A DNA stretch of 43,051 nucleotides from contig ADNK01000064.1 in the NCBI GenBank assembly GCA_000320545.1, positions 1 to 43,051 of the forward strand, written 5' to 3'. Each line of letters begins with the position of its first letter. Position 1 is the stretch's first letter. The notes under the pieces are model-generated. The model worked only from the letters and a program-made list of their open reading frames with translations. It was not told the DNA's origin and ran no database searches. This document shows positions 25,863 through 37,899 of the stretch, in pieces. The translations under genes and the position numbers were made by a program. This DNA comes from Bigelowiella natans CCMP2755. Lineage: Eukaryota; Protista; Cercozoa.

Positions 25863-26602
25863 GAATACATGCAATTGCTATTGTAATATATTTAATCCGA
25901 CAAGTAGTACTATATATAGTACTTGATTGACTTACGTATTGAGTAGTTCTGGTTTGTTGGACTTGAGTACTTTGTCGACAACTTGATGGTTTTCACACAT
26001 TCGCAACAAGTGTTCCATCAAGAACTCCGTCTTGCGGTAGTATCTGAATTAATATATCACATGATGATGATGATGATCTTGTTGATGATGATGATGATGA
26101 TGAAACCTACTCGAGCTATTACAACCAACGATATATTTATTACAGCTCGTAGCTCAAATCTCAATTATCACTAATATATTATCTTTTAAGGTTTGTATTC
26201 TTTACTATCACTACAAATACTACTAGTAGATCATAATCTCACTACTAAGAGTTATCGCATAATAGCATACTTATGTCGTGGATTTCCATCCATGAAGGCG
26301 TCTCCCAGAGCTCGCAGAATGCAGCTTAAAATCTATTTATAACGATGAAATTGAAGTGGAATATTCTCGAAAACTAATACTAAAATTTTGGAATACACCC
26401 AGGTTATTCTCACAGGCTATAAATGTAATATATGCTAGTCAGTAGTCATCGTATGTTGGCACTACCAACAATATCCTTCTAATAACAAGTACCTATCTAA
26501 AGAAATAAGGGCTGCAGCAATCTACCACTCTAAATATAGTCAGTAGTAGTAGCCATAATGTTGTTACATTGCATGGTATTACTACTACTTGTTCCATGTT
26601 GT

Positions 26603-26635
<33 letters not shown>

Positions 26636-29600
26636 TTACCACCCAGCAACAGCAGCGGCAGAAGCACTTACTTGCTTACTTACTACTACCTACTTGTCCT
26701 ACTACCTACCTACCTACCTACCTTATCAACACGGTAATCTTGAAGTTTATCTTCCAGAGATAGCAACCCATTCAATACACGGAAGAAAGGCCGTGTTGTT
26801 TCATAGTGATTCACCCTCAACTGTTGCGAGATAGGCTGCAGCACCTTATCAAGTCTCATCTTAGCTTCTTTGCTTGCGTCCTCTTCTTCTCCGGCATCAG
26901 CACCAGCAGTCATGGTAGCTTTAGCTCCCTCAGAAGAGCAAAGGAAACATATAATATCAACTACTCCTTTTCCACGTTTAACGGTATATGCTTCAGCGAC
27001 CAACCTAAAACATCAGTCATCATCATGTTACTACTTAGTCATCATCATTACAATTATAAGTAGTGTTGTTTATGATGTCTCAATAACAACGTTATTAGCA
27101 CTGACTAACGTGCAATAATTATTCTTATTCTTATCAAAGCCAACATGGTACAATTCCAACCACCACTACTGGATAAACATAACAAAAACAATAACAACAA
27201 CAATAACAATAATAATAATAATAATAATAATAATAACCCTAGTACTACTGCTGCTACTACTACAACTACTACAATCAATCCCTAACCTCGACATAAATTC
27301 ACTGGAAAGCAGGATGGATGCCTGGTCAGCGTTCAGATCTTTCTTGACTGTGTTAAGAAGAGTGAATATTGCATCCCCAAGATTGTGCTTTGCGTTCGCA
27401 TCACAAGTGAGCGCTGACATCATGTGTTTTAGAATGGCTGCTGATTGCAGATATTTCGTTTCATGTCCTCCAAACGATGCAAAATTTGCGAGAGATTCTA
27501 TTATGAGAGATGATGCTTCCTTAGAATCCGCCGACTCGAGTTGTGCGAGCATCTGATCAACTGCTTGGACAACGAATCCACGCTTTGGTCTCATGACTTC
27601 TTCCACAACTACCTTGTTTTCCCCCTTCAATTCCACAACTTCGGCACTTTTTCCTTCAAGATACGAGTCTTTCTCAAGAGGGGATATGGTTTTGGCTGCA
27701 CGTGCAAATAGCTGTACTGTGGATTCATTGACGGTCTCTATCGGTGAAGATACGAGTTCTTTCCACCAGTTTTGGGTGGGGTGTACCAACATTGACAAAA
27801 ACCAGGTGGACGTAGCTACATTGTCTTCCAATAACTGATTTACTAACTCCACGAAACCCTGCCAAAATTTTGGCCTCGCATGTGAACGAGCCAGGGTCTT
27901 AAACATGAACCGCAACATGAGCCTTGAAGTAGCATCGTGCAGATTTGTTGGGTTATCAGAGACATCCTTTGGAGAGAGATTCTTAGCAGACACAGCTGCT
28001 GTCGTAGAATTCTTGTTAAACTTTTCCAATAGGTGATCACCCAGTTGTTGGAGGAAGAGGAAGTAAGGGATATTGAACACATTCGTGTCTGCAACTTTAA
28101 TACGATTCTCATGCCAAATCCTTTCTAAGATTTCGGTAGATACATTCTTCGTCTCTGGCTCTTCCTCTTTTTCTAGCTTAATACGTTCGTAGATTACTAC
28201 ATATGCTGTAGCCGATTTCCAGCTACCGTCTTTTGCTCCAAATGTTTCTTCCCCTAGCTTCTTATGATTAAAAGGAGTGACACTGCTGTCGTTGAAGCAG
28301 TACCATCTTGCACCAGGTTCTCCATCCTTTGGTGGTTCCTCACCTTCCTTCAATTCAGCCGATGGTCTCTCACGAATAAATGAATAGTAATGTCCCGAAT
28401 TAAGTGTTTGACCCGAATGCACAATCACACCCATCAGCCTGTACTTATAATAGTTGTCCGTGCGAGGGGGCAAGCTAAGGACATTCTTTCTCTCTTCGAG
28501 CTGTAACTTAAGCCTTTTCTGCTCAGATTCAGGGTCTAAAGCAGCAGCTCCAGCAGGACTGCTCTTGGCATCGGATTTGGAGTCACCATTACCACCACCA
28601 CCGTCACTACCCACTGCTGCCGACGACGACGATTCAGAAGGAGCACCAGTGCGATAGCCCTTTGGACACGCCAACGACTCAATGCAATAAGGCTTCATAT
28701 CAAGATCAAACGGAAACGATATTCTATGCACCTGAGCAGCAAATGGTTTTGTTGTTGGAAGGAATAAACAAAGACAGCATTGAGTGACAAGATGGATGTG
28801 CTGCTGTGACACGATATGTGTGATATGAAATTCAAATTCTTTCTATTTCCTACTACGAACTACAGCACCTACCTCTTTTACAGCTGACATTTGTTGCTTG
28901 ATTTCATCCCACGTCACACGCATACGATTGAGTCCAATGGCGAGGGTGTTCGGAAGGTGCTTGAAAGAAGTTCTTTTCAAGATGGTTATCTTTTTACCAG
29001 GATAACTCTGCCCAAATATACCCTCATCTGATGCACCAGAATAACCAGAAATCTGTTCTCCTTTGACGTAGTTTCCGAGGCAGTCTTCCAATGTTGAAAG
29101 TCCTGTGACATTAACTTGAATCGTTGTCGCGACACGATTCCTATGCTTGGCTTTGTGGTCTGAGAGATAAGGGGTTTCTTTTTGGCCGATCATCTCGGTG
29201 CACTCGGTTACTCCCATCATCTTTGGAATTGTTTTGTGGAATGGAGTCCCTTTCGTTTCGTCTTCAAGTCGAGACAAAAGTGTTTGAAAGAACCCGAAAG
29301 AATCGTCTTGTCTGCATCCAGACCCCGGTGCTCTGACAGGCTTTCCAGTAGCAGGATCGATGTAGGAGTCCAGAAACGGTTTAGGAACAATTGCTTTTGA
29401 AGCACTTTCTTGAAGGTGAGACAACAGCCATTGAGTTCCAAATAGGAGTTTTTTCCCTTCCCTATCATAGTTATCAACCTTTAGCAATTCCTTTCTCATA
29501 CGCTTCATCATGAACACTTGTTGCAACGCTGCATTGATATAGCAGGTATTGCCGCAATTTCTTAAACCGACAAATCCATCTCCTCTTTCCTCCGCATCTT

Positions 29601-32600
29601 TTGGGGGCTCGAAGTTCCAGACTTCGGGACGTTTCCCATCTGAGTGGCTATTCAAATGATTTTTGGTGAGAAGCTTTACAAGTTGCTCCAGATTGGCGTC
29701 ATTGCCTTTAACGAGAGCCAATAGTAACTGGAATCCCGCTTTACGTGAATCAGGGTGCTTGCATTTCGGAGGATGTAGCCCTGAATCTCCACGCGATTTT
29801 GGTGATTTGACCTCATTGTCCTTCAAATCAAGGTTCGGGTTACTTGGAGTGGCAAATAAGCAATCAAACACGTGCTGTAGTAGAGACAAGGCTCTTGTGC
29901 CTTTGACCCCCATATTATCACGCAAAAACGGTGCTTTGTTAATAGTTTCAGCAGTCAAAGTCATAAATGCACCTAAGACCGCGTCTTTGTCCCGAGAGTT
30001 TCGTTCACGCATTGGATGTGATTTAATAAGTTGAGCGAGTGACTCAGCTATCTTTTTTGCATCCGAAGCCTCAATACTCTCACTCTGGCGAATCAAAGCA
30101 CCCATCAGAGTTAGGAACTGCGCACAATCTTTCTTTGTATCCAATGCTGTGAATCGCGACAGCAGAATAGGAAGAAAATGGCTTCGAACACCCTGTCTTA
30201 GACCTTTCGCGCCTGAACTCTTTGCATCGAGTCCTCGTTTGATTTCACTGATTCGTTGATACGTAACAGCCAAATCTAATGATGTAAGTTTTTTTGCTTT
30301 AAAGTAGTTGGAAAGTTCGTTGAAACTAATCTTCCCATTTTTGTTCTCATCTGCGGCAGCTATGAACGAATCAACGCCATCTGCTACACCTGGAGGGAAT
30401 GGTTTTCCCCCATAGAAAAGTCTGTGCAATTCACTCGGATCCAATTCTTTATTTTTATCAAGGTCGAGGATCAAAAAGAGTCTGTGAATATCCAGGTGAA
30501 GTTCCATATTTTGTGAGGCATCGTCGTCAGACAATTTGGATTTTCTCTCATCCCCTTTCTTTTTGTCTTCTGCATTATTTTGATTTGAATCGGTCGAATC
30601 TGCATTGTTCTCGCCTGCCTTCTGGCCATTTTGGTCGTCATCATTTTTTCCTTCTCCTTTTGAGTCATCGGTGGGTTTACGGTACACCGCAGGCAATTCG
30701 ATGGAGTGCTCACACAGCTCTGCCATTCCTTTAGTAAATGCTGATTGTACATCTACGTTTTCATTTTCAATCAATGCCGCAGCGAATACACCATTCCATG
30801 GAGCAGACCGTGGAATATCAGAAATAAGCTTGGGTTCCATACGGGAGCAAATGACGGCTGTTGTAAGTAAGGACTTCAACGCATTTTCGTCTGGAGCTTT
30901 GACTGCAAGAAGTAGAAATTTCATACACAGATTCAGAACTTCTTTGATATTTACAGCTTTAGACACATCTTCGACGGATACGCGTACTTGGCATTCACTA
31001 GCAGTAAGAAAGTAGCATATCAGGTTGAGGAGTTTGGAGAGACATAGACGTCTTAACGGCATTTTCATCATCTGAGAAGGATCAAATTTTCCCAAAATCT
31101 TGACAAGATGGCTCAACGCTCCTCCCTTTATGAAAGCAGCGCACCAAGATATATTTGCCAGTGGGTTCTCTTTTACAGTGAACGCTTTATTTGGATCTAA
31201 GACGGTAAGTATGTACAACAAGCGTTCTGGTTGTGCGGGAAGCATGGCTTCATACTCTTTCGCACCATGCGGTAATTTTTTTACAACATCCGATAAGGCT
31301 TGTTTGTTGTAAGGAAGAATCTTGAGTAATTCCCATGCTTCCATACCTGCTTGTCCTCCTTTCTCCATAACATCTATTGCAAGATCGAGGAATTTTTCGC
31401 CGCCCTTTACTTCCCCAGATAGGTAAAGAGCTGGAAACTTCTCAGCATCAGATAAAACCAAAGGAGGCCGAACTTTTACTTTCCTATCCTTTGTGAGAAT
31501 GTTGATTTCTTTGGCCGCCGGATCTTTATCGCCATCAGCGTAGTGCAAAGAATAGGTTATCTCATCTCCGTCAGTGTTTACTTTCATAACTGTGGCATTA
31601 TAGAGAGTAGCTTCCGGAGTTGCTGGTCTTTTCCATGAGGCGCAAACCTTTTCATTAACTTTAAACAAAGGTCTTATAACCATTTCTCCTTTCTCAACCC
31701 TTCTCAGAAGCTGGCCAAGCACAGTCATGACTGAATCACGAACAATTGCGTTGTTCTTGTTCTCTTCAGCCTTCTTCTGCATGGAGAGTTCTGAAGAGCA
31801 TTTCTCCAAGAAGCATTTTAGCACGTGGATCTTTGAATCCCCTTTCATATTAATATCTAGCTTTATGTGTGCACTCACTAAGAATTTTTGAGCTTGTCCC
31901 CTCACTATTGGATTGGGTTCTCGCAATGCGAAGTTCCACAAAGCATTTCTACCCCGAATTTTGTCGTAGTCCTTCACATAACCGTTACTGTCAAAGGCTC
32001 CATTTTTCTTGTTCGTACTTATGAACGTATTTGCGAAACAAGAGTACCATTCTGGAGTCACAAATACCGGTTTTCCAGTCTTAGCATGTTTGTATGTTTT
32101 TTCAAGCTTAGAGAACATCGAGGCACTACTTTTCGCATCAAAAGCATCGTAGATCTTGCGTTCTTCTTTATCAGATTTATCCCCTTTTGCTTTGGGCTTG
32201 ACCTTATTCAATTTACCCCCCTTTCCCAGCATGCAGTTACTAAGCCACCGCATAAACTGTGCAATGTCATCCGGAATTACACTTTCGGTCACGCAAACAC
32301 TCCAAAGAGAATCAACATCTTCCTTCGTGAGCGCAAGGGTTGAGTTTTGAATCAAAAATTGTAAAAACTCCAACCTGGAAGATATTTGCTGCGAGTGGGG
32401 AGTACTGCCGTGTAAGATTGTCTCATCTGTAATAAGATCCTCCAGATTTTCACTTTCACTCCCTTGTTTAGAATCTTTTTGCAATACCTCAAGCTTGAGA
32501 TAGGCAGCTGTATTATAGTTTTTGTAGTCTTCAAAAAACTTGCTCAACAGCCTGTAGTCTTTTCCAATTTTCAAAATTGATTTGCAGGTCGTTTTTGGAT

Positions 32601-35600
32601 CTGGTGATTCCAGCATGAGGCTTAGTAACTCCAGGCTAGTCACCACACTCTTGCCTTTCTCCAGGTTCTTTACACATCTTTTTATGAAAGATCCATACTC
32701 CTTTATCGTATCAGAGATAAAAATGCCTTTCAGCAATTTTTTAGCAAGTTTCACTGTCTCTGGCGTGAGACCGGGTTGATTTTCTCCTTGAAGCATGTCC
32801 CAGAAGATATTCACTCCAAAAACATTGCCTTTGCCACCAGTGGCTTTGATGGCTGATGTTGTGAAGTCTCCAATTAGCTTCAACTCCGGTAATGTGTAAT
32901 CCTTTAGTTCCTTTTTGCCATCATCTGTGAATGTGCTGTACATATCGCGCAATTGATTTTCAGGTAGCTCCTCTGCAACGTTTGCAATTGCGGCAGAAAT
33001 GACTTTTGAAGTTTCTGAGTCCGCTCCCTCAAACAAAGTCGAGAGAGTTTTCAAATGATCTTTTGTTAGTCTCTTATTTGATGCTAGGAATTTGAGGATG
33101 GGCACACTAAGCTGTATCACCAATTGGTGTGAATTTGCCTGCAAAATAGATTCTACAATCTTCTCGTCTTGGAGCCACTGAAGGAAAAATCCGTTTTGTA
33201 TCCAATTCAATTTTTTCAATTCAGGTTCTTGCTGTTGCTGGCGTCCCCCATTACTGCGCAAATACAAAAGAATACCAAACTTATATGTTTTCTTTTCAAT
33301 CGGAAATCAAATATACCGTCCAGGACGAATCGCCGGCCACCAAGAAAATCCGTATGACTTGGGTTTTTTCTTCTCATCCAGAGCACGAATGATGTTACCC
33401 AAGAACTTCAGTGCGTCCATTTTCTTTGGTAGTTGGTCAACCTGAAGGAATCATGATGTACCAATGCAAATCTTTTAGCACATTTAGGGAAGAGGATGTC
33501 GTTTTCTAGGGGAGGCGAGGATTCTATTCACTTCCCACGAAGAGCATTCTCATCCCACCTTGAGAAGTAGTTTAATTACGGATAACTCTGTTTCTTCTAT
33601 GAAACGATGGACTTTGTTTGCTTTTTCCAACCCGCTGGTTAAGGACTTGATATCCTTTCCTGTGTAACATTTAAACCGAAACATGCATGAACGACTTTTA
33701 CTACTTGATTCCTTCATATAACAAGTGGAACCAACGCAGGATACATAGATTTAAAAAAGTGGAATAATGCATGACAGTGCCGATAATAATAATAGCGATG
33801 ATGCCTAGGATTTAATTGTAGTAGTGCAAAATGATGTATCCGACCTAAGTTGTTAATATCCGACGTCTCCAACGAACGAATGCCGTTCTCGTCAAGGGAG
33901 CTCAGAGCCTGAAAGATTGCGAAACATGAAAAAAATGATTACGAAGACAATTAATGAGATAGCTCTTCCAAGAGAGAGAAAATCACATAGACTTGGAATT
34001 ATTATTTTTTAAATAACAATCCATTGAAGTATAAGCTATTCGAGTAATTGAAAGTACCGGCTCCACGAGATTAAACAAATCTAGCTCACGTGTATACTCC
34101 TCTAAGAATTCAGACCGCAGCGAGGGTTTCAGTTTTGAAACCTATTGAAATATTACATACAATTTGGTTTGTCAGTGAGAAGGATGACCAATATGAATTG
34201 TTTTAGGATTTCAAAATTACCAGTTTTATCATTCTTGAAACACCGGCAAAGGAGTATGGAAGCGGAGTATCCTTCTCATTCTTTGCCACGGCACGTACAC
34301 GATTCTTTATTTCATCAAACCTGCCAAGTTTGCAAAATTACCAATTTCCACGTATCGTTTATTTAGCTATCATTACCCTCCATCCGCACCGAATTGATTC
34401 ACGAGATTGACTTCGATCATAGACATATTCTTGATCTGTGGTTATAAAAAAATGAAATCAGAGAAATAAGACATGAAACAACTTGTCGACTCTATTTCCT
34501 TGCAATAGAGTTTTGACACCCACATATTTGTGTACAATATCAATCCACACATTTCACCTTTTTGGCAAACTTTCCAACTCCAGGAAGTTCCTTCACTTGA
34601 GGACCTGAATATAATAAAAAGGAAGGAAAGATAAAACATACCACTTTAAGCGAAAAATGGATGTTGCAAAAATACAATCAACGCGGGAAAATAAATAGAC
34701 ACTCTCGTGAAAGGTAAATGATAACCGTTTTCGTAGTAGTAGTATGTCAGATTTTCATCTCCTCCAAGTATCTAAAATGTATCATAGATACAATTTTACA
34801 CAGATGTCCGGGTGAATTCATAACGGATGCAGAAGAAAGTAATTAATAACGGTATTTTTGGTTTCAAAAATTTGTACGTACCTGCAAAATTCGATCAAGA
34901 ACAAGCTTGCCCGCTTGAGGAACCTATATTGTATGTGTGTCTGTAATGTTAGAGAAGATATCTAGCAGAAAAGGAAGTAGCTGGGTCAGCAGTGACTAAT
35001 GATACAATTAATATCTGTTGCAATACCTGTTCGATCTTCTTTTCATGAAGATTAGCCGTTTTGAACATTACTGTTAGATTACGTAAATATCTGGATATGA
35101 CTTCTGCAGGTACCTAATGATTTAATAAAGATTTGTTTTGCATTCATTTCCTATTGATAATGAGATATACGTTCAATTACATGCTCTGAATTACATAAAA
35201 ATCCAAATATAGTTCCTTTAGTTGGCCACAACGATATTCGCGAGCGTTTGTGCATAAATTTTTATGTTATACGCTGCCCCCTTGAGTTGTATTTCAAATT
35301 CAAATAATTTTTACCGTCCCATCTTTCGATTGATCTATCGGACGTGCCTTAAGCATTGTATCAGCTAGGGCAACCCCTATGAAATTGTAACATCAATTTT
35401 TAGCCGATTGTAGTGTTCTTGGGGAAAAAACACAGGCAAAGGAGTCAGTGGCTTCTAACCGTTTCCCATAAGAAGATACTCAACATCTTGATCTTTAATA
35501 TCTTCCATTCCTTCGTTAATATCAAGTGTTAGATCCTTTCCTTCACGTAGAAGTACGCACGAAAGGTCACCTTTGCTGTACTTCTCCTCAAAAGAGTCTA

Positions 35601-37850
35601 GGCCTTCCAACATCTAAAGTAATTTCACGATATCGTGCCGAGATTCAGATATACAAAACAACATGGATTTGAAAACGAGAACTTGTTTGAAATCTTCTGC
35701 TTCAGCGTTGAAGTTAATATATGGACACGACTGGTTTTGCCCTGTCCATGCACCTTTCGTTTCTTCCTGTAGTAGAGGAAAATCAAGTGAGGGCTTGGAT
35801 AAGAACCAGAGAAGTTGAGAACGCAAATAATACCCCATAAGGCTTTATCTTGTCTTTATCTTTGACAATGTGGAGCCAGGTGTCCCATTTCTTGTCCCAA
35901 CCTTTTGCGGTCGCAATTAAACTCAGTATTAGACAACTTGAGGATATCCAATAGCATACACGGTTATCTTGTAAACTGAGTATTAACCACCTTCGAAGTG
36001 GATTAAAATCTTAAGATCCTTGACTTCCAGAATTATAGCTGTTCTCCACTTGTTCAAATCCAGAGCATCAATTTTATCTTTAGCCTAAGAGGGCAATAGA
36101 TTATCAATCAGTACCTTATGAAATATTAGATCAGATGCTAATAATCGTAATTCACCTTCCATTTATTCTCTGGTTTTTTCTCTATGATCATCTTGAGTAG
36201 TAGCTGCAAGTCTGCTTCCGTAAATTCCTCTCGTTCAAACCATTCCTGAGGTAATATCATTAGGGCATCGCATATCTATAAGAAAGTATATGCCAACCTT
36301 GAGGGTAGGTAAATCAACAGTTCTGTCGTTGGTGCCCCTCGGCTGTTCAGCCCTGAAGAAACAATTTTAGTGTTTTCTCGTAATCTGGCAAATAGAATCT
36401 ATTTCTATTCTACAAGCAGTGTGTTCGTATTTTAACAAAGCTGTATTATTCACATCTGGAAAAATGTTTTCTGGGGACTGGCTATTGCGAATCTTAGCTA
36501 GGGACAAGTTTTGTTTCAATGTTTTAGAAAATCTCTGCCAACCTAGTTCGTCCAAATCCCATGGATCTTCCCTTGTTTTTCGAATTCTTTCCCGACTCAG
36601 CTGCTTCCGCAATTTCCTGTGCCTTTAAAGAGTTCACATAACTTCCTTAATCTATCTATGCATTCATATAAGAGAAAGAGGGAGAAAGGAAGAGAGGGGG
36701 CAGGTGGGGGATAAAGGGGGTAGGGGGAGTGAACCTGTCTCAACATCATCTGCGTATCGATGTTCCTGTTCTGAAACTTAGGATGCTCTTTCATCTAAGA
36801 ATGGATCGACATTATGAGCTTTGGGGTAAGCAAGAACTAAGGAGGAGATAGAACTGTTTGGATCACCGTTTCTACGAGCATCCCGAGTTCGTCTTCATTG
36901 AGATCCCTGGTCTCGCTCCAGTCGAGCTCTTTCACTATTTTATGGGCTGTTCCCAATGAACCTCCCATTGTGGAAGAATTGTCTGAGGGAAGAGAAAGCT
37001 AGTTGGACTGCACGGCTGTAGATATATCTCTGAGGCGCTTAAATTAATTATTGCGTTTTCAGAAACTTCAAGATGCCATTTCTCGAGAAATTGTTCAGAG
37101 ACGTACCGCATTCTTTGAACCGGCAAATCCTCTTTCTTGACGTACAGAACTTTTTCTCTGTAATCATTATGTATAATAAATCAGACTTCATCCTCTCCAA
37201 ACGAACTGAAAATATCGAGAAAATAAAGGGAAAAATGATGATATAGATGACTAATACCCTAGATCTGATGAGAAACATTTGTTATAAGTGCATGAATAAG
37301 CAAAATATTGCTTAAAAATTTGGAGTTTTTTATGGAGACTTTTTTTTATCTCGAGAGAAACTCCGGAAAACGTGCTATTTGAGATCGGTTGGAGATTCTC
37401 GAGAATACCCACCAGAGCAGCGCGAGAACCGGTCTCGTCCAACATACGATGGCTGGGACTGCAAGGATTGTCACACGAACCAGGGAGGGATTGATGAGAA
37501 GAATGGCACGGAAACTAGGGCACAACTCCACTAGGCAGAGTATAAACACGATCATGGTATCAAACTTCACCGCTGAATCGTCAACAAACGTAACCTGGGC
37601 AACTGCGATGTGTGAGACCCGAGGACTCAGCAGCATGAGTCTTTGCAGTGAAGCTTCACAAGCAAAGAAGATTTGTCGAACATCCTCGGCATGTATAATC
37701 CCCAATAGTCCGCTTTTAAATTCCTGGACTGTGATGGATCTACTCTCCTCGTGGGACACAGGTCCTTTTTTTAGCGAATCAGTCTACATGGTGGGAATAC
37801 TAATACAACTCATTTTTATTCATGTTTCAATGTACCATTGGGCTGACATC
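23550..37850 (-). CDS. Giant USP9/24/34 (fat-facets)-like deubiquitinase with three Tudor/MBT-like modules and an EF-hand pair
   Basis: Cys box GLRNCGNTCYINAALQQ (29521-29577), His box VIVHSGQTLNSGHYYSFI and WYCFNDSSV. KKMDALKFLGNII resembles the USP9X MNAL motif; RPFFRVLNGLLSLEDKLQDYRV resembles USP24/34 C-termini. Large exons 33253-28873 and 28731-27287. Stop at 23550. In-frame splicing was traced from ~36950 to 35700; the start near 37850 is uncertain. Confidence 0.85.
23870..27280. repeat. Cluster of intronic microsatellites: (TAC)n, (AT)n, (TAG)n, (ATC)n, (ATG)n, (CTA)n, (CCTA)n, (ATA)n
   Basis: Examples: (AT) 24132-24175, (ATC) ~25825-25862, (ATG) ~26061-26102, (CTA) ~26604-26635, (CCTA) ~26701-26722, (ATA) ~27208-27235. 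Confidence 0.9.
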
Positions 37851-37899
37851 TAAACGCGAAATGAACGTCAATGTTGCATCCCAGATGATGGCACGTAAG

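Noticed and set aside
23906-27118. ORFs with poly-IY, poly-M, poly-I, poly-T, poly-Y tracts
   Set aside because: They are intronic microsatellite translations.
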